A DNA stretch of 64,000 nt. Source: Octopus sinensis (lineage: Eukaryota). Where the stretch lies: assembly GCF_006345805.1 (NCBI RefSeq), contig NW_021834234.1:9572-73571 (forward strand), in the 5' to 3' direction. Within the stretch, counting starts at the first letter, position 1. Every line of letters starts with the position of its first letter. The notes beneath the pieces are model-generated. The model made no database searches. It was not told the DNA's origin and worked only from the letters and a program-made list of their open reading frames with translations. Shown here one piece after another: positions 10,812 to 22,409 of this stretch. The position numbers were made by a program, and so were the translations under genes.

Positions 10812-12347
10812 TCATCATCATTGTTTAATGTCCGCTCTCCATGCTAGCATGGGTTGGACGGTTCAACTGGGGTCTGGCAAGCCCGAAGGCTGCACTAGGC
10901 CAGTCAGATCTGGCAGTGTTTCTACAGCTGGATGCCCTTCCTAACGCCAACCACTCCGAGAGTGTAGTGGGTGATTTTATGTGCCACCGACACAGGTGCC
11001 AGATGAGGCTGGCAGACGGCCACGCTCGGATGGTGTTTTTTATGTGCCACCGACACAGGTGCCAGACGAGGCTGGCAGACGGCCACGCTCGGATGGTGCT
11101 TTTTATGTGCCACCGACACATGTGCCAGACGAGGCCGGCAAACGGCCACGATCGGATGGTGTTTGTTACGTTCCCACAGCACGGAGGCCAGTCAATGCGG
11201 TACCGGCTACGGCCACGTTCGGATGGTTTTCTTATGTGCCACCGGCACTGGTACCACAAGGATACAAATTCCATTGATGTTCATCTAGTTTGATTTGATT
11301 TGATTTGATTTGATTTGATTTGATTTGATTTTCACTTGCCTCAACAGGTCTTCACAAGTGTCACAAGAAGGAAGGTATGCACAGGTGGACTGACTACGTC
11401 CCAGGTAGGGGCCACGGGTTATGGCTTCACTAGTCTTGCCGGATCTTCTCACGCACAGCATACTTCCATAGGTCTCGGTCTCTAGTCATTTCCATGGTGA
11501 GACCTAACGTTCGAAGGTCGTGCTTCACCACCTCGTCCCAGGTTTTCCTGGGTCTACCTCTTCCACGGGTTCCCTCAACTGCTAGGGATTGGCACTTTCT
11601 CACACACCTATCTTCATCCATTCTTGCCACATGACCATACCAGCGCAATTGTCTCTCTTGCACACCACAACTGATGCTTCTTAGGTACATCATTTCTCTC
11701 AAGGAACTAACGCTCTGTCGAGTAAGTACACTGACATTACACATCCATCGGAGCATACTGGCTTCATTCCTCATGAGCTTACGCATGTCCTCAGCAGTCA
11801 CGGCCCATGTTTCACTGCCATGTAGCATGGCAGTTCGTACACATGCATCATACAGTCTGCCTTTTACTCTGAGCGAGAGGCCTTTAGTCAGCAGCAGAGG
11901 TAAGAGCTCCCTAAACTTTGCCCAGGCTATTCTTATTCTAGCAGTTAGACTCTCAGCACACCCACCCCCACTACTGACTTGGTCACCAAGATAACGGAAA
12001 CTATCAACTACTTCTAGTTTTTCCCCCTGGAAAGTGACGGAAGTTGTTTTCTGCAGGTTTTCGGAGGTCAATGCTCCCGAGCATCTGCCACATACAAAAA
12101 CTATCTTCCCAGTTAGCCTACCTTTGACATTGCTGCACCTCTTATGTGTCCATAGCTTACACTGGGTACATCTTATAGAGTTTCTACCTACACCTTTTCT
12201 ACAGATCGAGCAGGGCCATCTTCCTGAGGACATTTGTGGATTGTCTACCTTCCTACTTATTAGGACTTTGGTTTTAGCTAGGTTGACTCTAAGGCCCCTT
12301 GATTCTAAACCCTCCTTCCACACTTGGAACTTCTCCTCCAGTTCTGA
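10812..12347 (-). mobile_element. 5'-truncated RTE LINE, best-preserved copy of the PHD family
   Basis: Open 297-aa ORF2 end, tandem ~60-bp 3' UTR repeats, (GAT)n tail, flanked by (TA)n. Confidence 0.92.
11430..12323 (-). CDS. RTE ORF2 C-terminal fragment: end of RT with an embedded PHD finger
   Basis: [11 protein letters not shown] - C4HC3 finger - [11 protein letters not shown]...LHGSETW...[10 protein letters not shown]...[10 protein letters not shown]. Confidence 0.85.
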   Translation of the reverse strand: MWKEGLESRGLRVNLAKTKVLISRKVDNPQMSSGRWPCSICRKGVGRNSIRCTQCKLWTHKRCSNVKGRLTGKIVFVCGRCSGALTSENLQKTTSVTFQGEKLEVVDSFRYLGDQVSSGGGCAESLTARIRIAWAKFRELLPLLLTKGLSLRVKGRLYDACVRTAMLHGSETWAVTAEDMRKLMRNEASMLRWMCNVSVLTRQSVSSLREMMYLRSISCGVQERQLRWYGHVARMDEDRCVRKCQSLAVEGTRGRGRPRKTWDEVVKHDLRTLGLTMEMTRDRDLWKYAVREKIRQD

Positions 12348-12355
12348 TATATATA

Positions 12356-12405
<50 letters not shown>

Positions 12406-12833
12406 GTATATTATAATATATATATGTATATAATGTATATGTATATATATATATGTATATAATGTATATGTATATATATATATGTTATAATGTATATGTA
12501 TATATATATATGTATATATATGTATATGTATATATATATGTATATATATGTATATGTATATATATATATGTGTAATATTATATATATATATTATATATAT
12601 ATTATAATATATATATATTATATATATATATATATATGTATGTATAAAACACCCACTACACTCGCGGAGAGGTGGGCATTGGCTTAGAAGGGCATCCAGC
12701 CGTAGAAACACTGCCAGATCTGACTGGGCCTGACGAAGCCTTCCTGCTTCACAGACCCCATTGACCCGTCCAACCCATGCTAGCATGGAAAACAGACGCT
12801 AAATGATGATGATGATGATGATGATGTATATAT

Positions 12834-12870
<37 letters not shown>

Positions 12871-13161
12871 TTGTATATATATGTATATATATATGTATGT
12901 ATGTGTATGTATATGGTATGTATATATAATATATGTATATATATATATATATATTATATATATATATATATATATATGTATATTATATGTATATGTATAT
13001 GTATAATATATATATATATATATATATATATGTTTGTTATGTATATATATATATATATTATATATATGTATATATGATGTTATTATATATATATATATAT
13101 TATGTATATGTATATATATGTATATATATATATGTATATATGTTATATGTATATATATGTA

Positions 13162-13206
<45 letters not shown>

Positions 13207-13230
13207 GTATATATATGTATATATATGTAT
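12348..13230. repeat. Degenerate (TA)n/(TATG)n microsatellite containing an RTE tail (12647-12826, +)
   Basis: Direct inspection. Confidence 0.9.
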
Positions 13231-13232
13231 AA

Positions 13233-15045
13233 ATCCTTAAATGCTTAAAAATGTTTTAGCCCGAAGGCCGCGGCCATGCTGGGGCACCACCGCTGAATGA
13301 GCTACACTAATTTGTGAATCCACCTCTGATACGTGGCACTTGATCAACAAGGGAGTTCGATGCTGCTGCCTGCATCCGCGTCTCCTGTCGTGAGGTAGGT
13401 TCATCTGGGACTCCCGACAGAAGAGATCCAGTTTAGTTTTAAAGAAACCCACATCCACACCATGTAAGTCTCTCAGGCATTTAGGGAGGATGTTAAAGAG
13501 CTGTGGTCCTCTGAAACCCAAGCTGTTGCAGTATCTGAACCTGTATTTTGATGGTGATGTTGGAATCCTTGGCACCACGCAGTGGCGCCCCGTTATGCGG
13601 TTGGGGTAACTTTGAATGCCAAAGTTTGGGACAAGACCCTCCAGGATTTTCCAGATGTATATCACTGCATATCTCTCCCGCCTCCGCTCTAGGGAGAAGA
13701 GGTTTAATACCTTCAGTCTTTCCCAGTAGCTGATATTTTGCATTGAGACGATTTTCTTTGTGTAGCTTCTCTGAATTGCTTCGAGTCCTGCTGTCAGTTT
13801 TATATTGTGTGGTGACCACAGTTGGGAGCAGTAGTCCAAGCGGCTGAGGACGAATGTTTTCCATAGGACCATCAGTGTCTCCTTCTCTCTTGTTCTGAAA
13901 GTTCGGAGAATCCATCCAGCTAGCTGTCTGCATTTTATCACCAGATTAGCAATATGCACTTGGAAGGATGCATCATTGCTCATGTCAATGCCCAGGTCAC
14001 GCACTGATTTTTACTCTGGGATTGCAATTCTTCCTGGGCCAGTGTATCCAGTCTGCACGTTTTTTACCTTTGTGTGCCAGTAGCGCAGGGCCTGGAACTT
14101 TCCTGCATTAAACTGCATGTTGTTGTCCTCAGCCCACCTGTATATTGTGTCCATTTTATCACCAGATTAGCAATATGCACTTGGAAAGATGCATCATTGC
14201 TCATGTCAATGCCCAGGTCACGCACTGATTTTTACTCAGGGATTGCAATTCTTCCTGGGCCAGTGTATCCAGTCTGCACGTCGTTTACCTTTGTGTGCCA
14301 GTAGTGCAGGGCCTGGAACTTACCTGCATTAAACTGCATGTTGTTGTCCTCAGCCCACCTGTATATTGTGTCCAACTCCTGTTGCAGATGCGCAATATTT
14401 TCAGGGTTTTGTATTGCGTGGGAGACTTTTGTGTCATCTGCATAACTAGCAAGGGTGGTCATCGTAGCAACTGAAGGCATGTCTGAAAGGGCCACTATGA
14501 ACATCAGTAGCCCCAAGACAGTGCCCTGTGGGACACCGCTTGTTATTTGCGTTTCCTTGGAGGTGGCTCCATTGCTCACAACTGCCTGTTTTCTGTCTTT
14601 TAGGAAGTTGTGCAGCCACTCTCCAAGTTTTCCGCCTATGCCGAGACCACGCAGTTTGTGACAGATCATACCATGGTCGACCTTATCAAAGGCTTTTGCA
14701 AAGTCGAGATATATTACATCCACATTTGAGCCATTTAGTAGCTGTTTCAACACCCAGTCATAGTGTTGCAGGAGCTGTGTTAGGCAGCTTCTACCTGGTT
14801 GAAATCCATGCTGGGTGTCAGACAGCAAGTCATTTTCTTCAAGGAACATGATTAGTTTCTTGCAGACTATTCGTTCCATGACTTTGCTGATGTGTGAGGT
14901 CAGAGAGATAGGCCTATAATTTTTAGCATCTGCTCTGCTACCTCTCTTATGGATAGGGCATATTACCCCCTCTTTCAATTTGACTGGGAGCTTACCACTT
15001 GCAAGAAAGCTCTGAAAAAGAAGCTGTAGCGGTTTTGCAAGGGCT
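13233..15045 (-). mobile_element. 5'-truncated CR1-group LINE (RT and C-terminus), frameshifted, with a 221-bp tandem duplication
   Basis: [58 protein letters not shown]. Confidence 0.92.
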
Positions 15046-15048
15046 CGT

Positions 15049-15911
<863 letters not shown>

Positions 15912-16150
15912 ACATGGTGTGGATGTGGGTTTCTTTAAAACTAAACTGGATCTCTTCTTGTCGGAGTCCATATGATACCTCACGACAGGAGACGCGGATG
16001 TGGGCAGCAGCATCGAAGTCCCTTGTTGATCAATTGCCACGTATCAGAGGTGGGTCACAAATTAGTGTAGCTGATTTAGCGGTGCCACCCATGGCCACGC
16101 CCTTCGGGCTAAAACATATTTAAGGATTTGTATATGTATATTTGTATATA

Positions 16151-16182
<32 letters not shown>

Positions 16183-16600
16183 ATATATATATACTATATA
16201 TACAAATATACATATAGAAATCCTTAAATCCATAAAAATGTTTTAGCCCGAAGGGCGTGGCCATGCTGGGGCACCACCGCTAAATGAGCTACACTAATTT
16301 GTGAATCCACCTCTGATACGTGGCACTTGATCAACAAGGGACTTCGATGCTGCTGCCCACATCCGCGTCTCCTGTCGTGAGGTAGGCTCATCTGGGACTC
16401 CCGACAAGAAGAGATCCAGTTTAGTTTTAAAGAAACCCACATCCACACCATGTATATATATACATATATATACATATATACATATATATATACATATATA
16501 TATATACATTTATATACATATATATACATATATATATATATACATATATATATGCATGGCCCGCCCTTCGGGCTAAAAATTTTTAAGGATTTAAGGATTT
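15912..16600. repeat. Inverted pair of CR1 3'-end copies (15912-16130 +, 16220-16452 -) plus a fragment (16556-16600 +)
   Basis: Both copies match 13237-13463 and share the same breakpoint CATGGTGTGGATGTGG. Confidence 0.85.
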
Positions 16601-16632
16601 TATATGTATATTTGTATATATATGTTATGTGT

Positions 16633-16677
<45 letters not shown>

Positions 16678-16857
16678 GTGTATATATATATATATATTAT
16701 ATATGTATATATATGTATATATATATGTATATATACATATTATATGTATATATTTATAATAGGATTAGCTTGTATACGAGTAGGTATATATTTGTAAAAA
16801 ATGAAGTTCGAAAATGCTGCTGTATTATACAATTTTTAATTTTTATATATACATTAT

Positions 16858-16891
16858 AACATGTTTCAGTTCCTGAAATGAACCTTATCAA
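16858..16891 (-). ncRNA. Degenerate hammerhead motif in the Penelope pLTR (mirror copy at 19115-19148, +)
   Basis: TTGATAA-GGTTC(atttcag)GAACT-GAAAC-ATGTT; two core substitutions and no clear stem I. Confidence 0.45.
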
Positions 16892-17774
16892 AAAAAGTTA
16901 TATATAAAAAGAGACAGCTCATGCCGTCAACACAAGAAATTCATTTATAATACACAACGGAGTCAGACATCTTAGAGTTCATGTATAGTTGATATATAGT
17001 TCATGTATAGTTGATATATAGTTTGAAGTATATGTTCAAAGTGTTCGATGCAGTGGCCCACGGTGGCGATACGTATTCAATACAAAAAACAGATCAAAGT
17101 GGTGGAAAGCGGTCAATACAGAAGATTGATGTTTCCGAAAGAGCGAGGAATTCATTTTTACCTTAAGCAATTGTGATGACCCATGGTGGACGTTCGCTGG
17201 GTGGTTCTAGTGAGTTTTTTTGAAATGCTCGGTTTTATAATGCCTGTTAGGTGGTCAATCTAGCGTAGCGTGACGTCATCAATGTTTTGACCAATCGTTT
17301 CGTTAGGTGGCTTTAATCAAGTGGAACGGGACGTCATCATTATTTTGACCAATCGCTGCATTATAACTCCCTCTTGTTTGTTTCCTGTCTTGACCAGTCG
17401 CTTCGTTAGTCAAGCATAGCGGGACGTCATCCAGATTCTGCCCAATCACGACTTATAGCTACATTAGATCTGCCCCCTGTCTGTACTTGTTAGGTGACTA
17501 TTCAAGCAGAAAAGGACGTCATCAATATTCTGACTAATGACTGTCCCCTGTTTGTATCCTGTCCATTCTAGCAGAGCTAGACGTCATCAACATGTTGACC
17601 AATCAGAATCGGGTCTGACCCTTAGCTGTATCGTATGTATCAGGGTCAGATTTGCACGAAAGAATTTTTTTCCTTTTTTACTAAGGCATATTTCCGTCAG
17701 AGTGAGTGTGTTTGTCTTGAAGTAGCGGCCGTGGTGAAATTTGGTTCTCCTTTTCGGAGGACTTATCTTTTGTT

Positions 17775-18605
17775 TTAGTATTCCTGGCCCAGGGTGTTTA
17801 AACTTGGTCTAAATTTTTTTATGAAATATAGTTCTTTATTTTGGCGTTGTGTGAAGGTTGCGTTGTCACTGAATTTATAGAGCGGGTTAGTTGTAAATTT
17901 CGGATTTACATTTCCAGCACATCTATCTATGTGTCCGCTGACCGGTATTTTGCGGTAATCAGGGTTTCTAATTTGTGATTTATGCACCGCCATCCTGTTA
18001 CGTAAGCTATTTTTTGTATGGCCTATATACTGCCTATTGCAGCCTGCGCATGTTATGACGTAAATTAAGTTTTCTGATGCGTAGGTGAAGTTTGTTCTAA
18101 TGGTGAACTGGTGGCCTTGTTCCAGTGTAAATTCTGATCCTTCTTTCAAGATGACACAGATTCCGCAGTTGGGCCTTCCACATTTTCTAACTGCTGGTTT
18201 TGTGGTTGATGTTGAGTGCAGTGTAGCTTGGGTTAAAATCCTTTTCAAGGATTTTGGTTGCCGTTTACTTTTAATGATGGTGTGTGTTTCGAGGATTCGG
18301 TTCATCTTTGGGTCTCCCTTTAGTAGGGCTGTGCTTTGTAGTATGGTGTTGAAGGCCTCATTGTTGAGTGGGTTGTGTGTAGAGATGTAGGGAAGGGTTT
18401 TTAATTGTTCTTTCTTTTTTGGTTTTGTTTGTCTCAGGTCTTCTATACTTAATTTAAGTACCCGTTGGATTGCACTGTTTATTAGGGGCTGTGGATAGTT
18501 TCTATTTGTGAGTGTGGTTCTAAGTTCCTGGAGACGTGTGTGTCGGGTGTTTGTGTCTGATATTATGGTGCAAATCCTTCTAGCTAGACAAAAAGGGACA
18601 TTCAT
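17775..18605 (-). CDS. Penelope ORF C-terminus: RT thumb, CxxC linker, GIY-YIG endonuclease
   Basis: SCHP upstream, ARRIC, NYP, KCGRPNCGIC, NLIYVITCAGCNRQYIGHT..LRNRMAVH, ELYFIKKFRPSLN. Confidence 0.9.
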   Translation of the reverse strand: MNVPFCLARRICTIISDTNTRHTRLQELRTTLTNRNYPQPLINSAIQRVLKLSIEDLRQTKPKKKEQLKTLPYISTHNPLNNEAFNTILQSTALLKGDPKMNRILETHTIIKSKRQPKSLKRILTQATLHSTSTTKPAVRKCGRPNCGICVILKEGSEFTLEQGHQFTIRTNFTYASENLIYVITCAGCNRQYIGHTKNSLRNRMAVHKSQIRNPDYRKIPVSGHIDRCAGNVNPKFTTNPLYKFSDNATFTQRQNKELYFIKKFRPSLNTLGQEY

Positions 18606-19215
18606 TCTAGTGTGTCGTGGGTGGCATGAATCAAAGGGTAGGTACTGTTTAGAGTCTGTCGGTTATAGTGACGTCCCGTTCCACTTGATTAAAGCCACCT
18701 AACGAAACGATTGGTCAAAACATTGATGACGTCACGCTACACTAGATTGACCACCTAACAGGCATTATAAAACCGAGCATTTCACAAAAACTCACTAGAA
18801 CCACCCAGCGAACTTCCACCATGGGTCATCACAATTGCTTAAGGTAAAAATGAATTCCTCGCTCTTTCGGAAACATCAATCTTCTGTATTGACCGCTTTC
18901 CACCACTTTGATCTGTTTTTTGTATTGAATACGTATCGCCACCGTGGGCCACTGCATCGAACACTTTGAACATATACTTCAAACTATATATCAACTATAC
19001 ATGAACTATATATCAACTATACATGAACTCTAAGATGTCTGACTCCGTTGTGTATTATAAATGAATTTCTTGTGTTTGACGGCATGAGCTGTCTCTTTTT
19101 ATATATAACTTTTTTTGATAAGGTTCATTTCAGGAACTGAAACATGTTATAATGTATATATAAAAATTAAAAATTGTATAATACAGCAGCATTTTCGAAC
19201 TTCATTTTTTACAAA

Positions 19216-19271
<56 letters not shown>

Positions 19272-19274
19272 TGT

Positions 19275-19325
<51 letters not shown>

Positions 19326-19330
<5 letters not shown>

Positions 19331-22300
19331 TTAGATAAACTTAGATATGTTTTGACCAAAGATTGGTCCAGGCCATGTCTAACTTAATAGCACCACCTGA
19401 TAGGATTATTCGAATCCTGTTTATGTCAAGTTTTGTTTATGGTCCATTCAAGTAGTGAGTTCTTGTTGGGTGAGTTGTATCCAAGTATGGGTGGCTTATC
19501 TGGTATTCTTTGAAGGAATCTATCCAGACTCCGTTTAAAGTTGATGGGATCCTTTTCCTCTTTGATCTCTTTCTGGACAATGTTAAATAGGGCAGGGCCT
19601 GTTGAGGAAAAGAAATTATGTTGCAGTGTACATGTATGCTGTGATCTTGAATTGGGCAGGGGACGTATGGCCCGTGGTCCCAGTCTTGGATGAACCTTGA
19701 AGCTAATGTTCAGGTCGTTTGGGCAAAGTTGGCGGTATATTCTCCACATCGTACAAATGATGTACCGCTCACGGCGACGCTGGAGAGAGTAAAGTTTCAA
19801 GGCTTTAAGGCGATCCCAAAAATCGAGAGCAGCCATGCCTTCAATTCGTTTAGTGAGTGCCCTCTGGGGTGACTCAATCCTCGAGATGTTTTGTCTTGTA
19901 TGGGGAGACCACAGTGGGCAGCAGTATTCGAGGTGTGGCCGTACAAAGGAGGAGAAAAGTGGTATGATGACACCTTGTTCTCTTGACCGGAAAGTTCTTA
20001 AGATCCAGGAACTCATCCTATGAGCTATATCGACCTTCTTGTTGATGTGTGCACTCCAACTGAGATCGTCATCAACAATTACACCCAGGTCTCTGATATT
20101 ATTAGAGGCTGTAAGCGGTTCCCCTGAAGGGAGAGAGTATGGCTGTTTTAGTGAGGAATTTCTTCCAAAATGCATCAGCTCAAATTTTCCCTCGTTCAGT
20201 TGCATTTTGTTTCTGTCTGCCCATTGACTCACAGCATATAGATCAGACTGGAGTTGAGTTCCGTCTGCTTCTTCATTGACGATTTCCTGGAGCTTAGTAT
20301 CATCAGCAAATATTTTCACTTTGCAGTAATGTACGACACTGGAAAGGTCGTTTATGTAAATTATGAAGAGTAGCGGACCCAAGACAGTCCCCTGGGGAAC
20401 ACCGCTGGTGACTTTTGCTGGGCTTGAGTGGACTCCATCAACTACAACATGTTGTGTTCTATTCGCCAGGAAATACTTAATCTAGTGTAGAACTTTTTCC
20501 ACGGAATCCAACATTTGCCAATTTTGAGAGTAGGTTATTATGGTCTACCCTGTCGAACGCTTTACTGAAGTCAAGATATATGATGTCAGAGTTCGAACCT
20601 GTTCCCAAGGCTTTGAGTACATCTTCAATGTGGTGTAAGAGCTGTGTTAGACAGTCCCTGCCACAGTGAAAGCCATTCTTATTTGCATTTAGGAGTTTGT
20701 GGGTCTCCAGGAAGTCAGCTATCCTTGATCTTAACACTCAAACACTTTAATGATGTGGGAGGTGAGTGAGATTGGGCGATAGTTGAGTGCGAGGGATCTG
20801 TTTCCCTGTTTGAAAACCAGGATGACTGACTGGGATAGAAACTGTTTCGGTATATAACCTGCATCTAACGAATTTCTCCAGAGGTTGGTCAGAGGGACTG
20901 CAAGTTGGTGTTTACATTCCTTCAGGAGACTAGCGGGGAATCTATCCGGGCCTATAGCAGAGTAGTATTTGACCTCATTTATTGCTGCTACGATGTCAGT
21001 GGCAGTGAAGGTTATGTCTGAGAATTTATGTTGGGAGTCAACTTCGTTCGCTTCTCTTACATTAATATCAGTGGGAACACTAAAGACAGAGCAGTATTGC
21101 AGTATTTCTGATGCTTATTTGCATAAGAATAGAACACTTTTGGGTTCTGTTTGATGTTTTTGATTACCCACTGTTCCTCCACAGCTCTTTGATTTTCAAT
21201 GGAGGTTTTCATGTCGGTCTGCAGATGAAGTTTTTCCAGCTCTAGCCTTTTCATTGTTGTTGAATGTGGATGTTGTGTGTGGGAATATTTTAATTGGTTG
21301 ATTTTTTTGTTGAGTCTTTTGATGCGCCTGATGAGTGTTTTTTTCTTTTTAGGGAGCCGGTTTCTGTTTGTGTTAGTAGATTTCGTGGGAGCGTGCTTAG
21401 AGCATGTATAGGTGACAATGTTTTCAAAGTGCTGCCATGCGGTCTCAATATGGGTGGAATTGAGAGTAAAAGACCAGTTGATGAAAGACAGATCCTTTCT
21501 GATTGTTCCCCAGTCCGCTTTGTGGAAGTTTATGTTGTCAAATGGGTGCCATGGAGTGGGATTGGCTGGTTTGGTTTTTATATGTCGGGAATTACAATTG
21601 CAGAGTACCATGTCGTGGTCTGAGAGGAGAGTTTTTTCAACTGAAATACTGTGAACGAAGCTAGAGTGATTGGTCAATACCAGATCCAAGATCGTTTTAT
21701 TCTGTCTCGTTGGTTCGAGCACTAGCTGAGTCAGGAAGTATTCATCCATTAGGTTAAAGAGCAGTTCTGCTGCTGCTCTATCTGATGTAGAGCATTTGCC
21801 TAACTTCAGAGTATTTGTGGGCCAGTTCACATGAGGGAGGTTAAAATCACCCATCACTAGTATGTTTCCGGAGTGGTACTTCCGAAGGAAGGACTTGACT
21901 TTGCTAAGGCACTCTTCAAAGCACTTTAGAGGTGCTTGGGGAGGCCTGTAAAGACCAACAATGATTATGTCCTTGGCCTTGCTGAATAGTGATACCGATT
22001 CACAGTAGCCATTGGAAAATATGTCCTTGGCATCAAGTGAAAAGGAGTCATGGATAAAGATGGCTGTCACTCCCTTATTTCGGTCTGTGCGATCCGCATG
22101 AACAATGGTGAAATATTTTATTTTCACCTCGGCGTCCATATGGGTGTTGTTCAGGTGAGTCTCGGTAAGGATAAAGAAAGGGAAGCAATGTGCCGTTTCA
22201 GCAAGCCAACTCTCTATATATGGGATCTTCCATTTTTGGGCAATAATTGATGGGTTGATGCCACGTACATTTAACAGGAATGTCGAGGTAAGGGAAGTTT

Positions 22301-22370
22301 GATGTTTTCATTGTTCTAAGTTATGTTTTATGTTGTTCAGTGGTAACAATGTGGGTAGTTCTTGTATGGA
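19326..22370 (-). mobile_element. CR1-group LINE ORF2 (APE endonuclease and RT), decayed
   Basis: GLYRPP, MGDFNLP, EPTR..LDLVLTN, SDH; YLDFSKAFDRV, FADDTK, HLEYCCPLWSP; short tandem tail; internal deletion near 21100. Confidence 0.92.
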
Positions 22371-22409
22371 GCTGTGTGTGTATATGTATATATATGTATA
22401 TATATATAT

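Larger units (their letters stand above)
16786..19220 (-). mobile_element. Penelope-like element, 5'-truncated, with an inverted pseudo-LTR
   Basis: GIY-YIG ORF flanked by ~550-bp inverted repeats (16786-17336 / 18669-19220), inserted in (TA)n. Confidence 0.92.
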
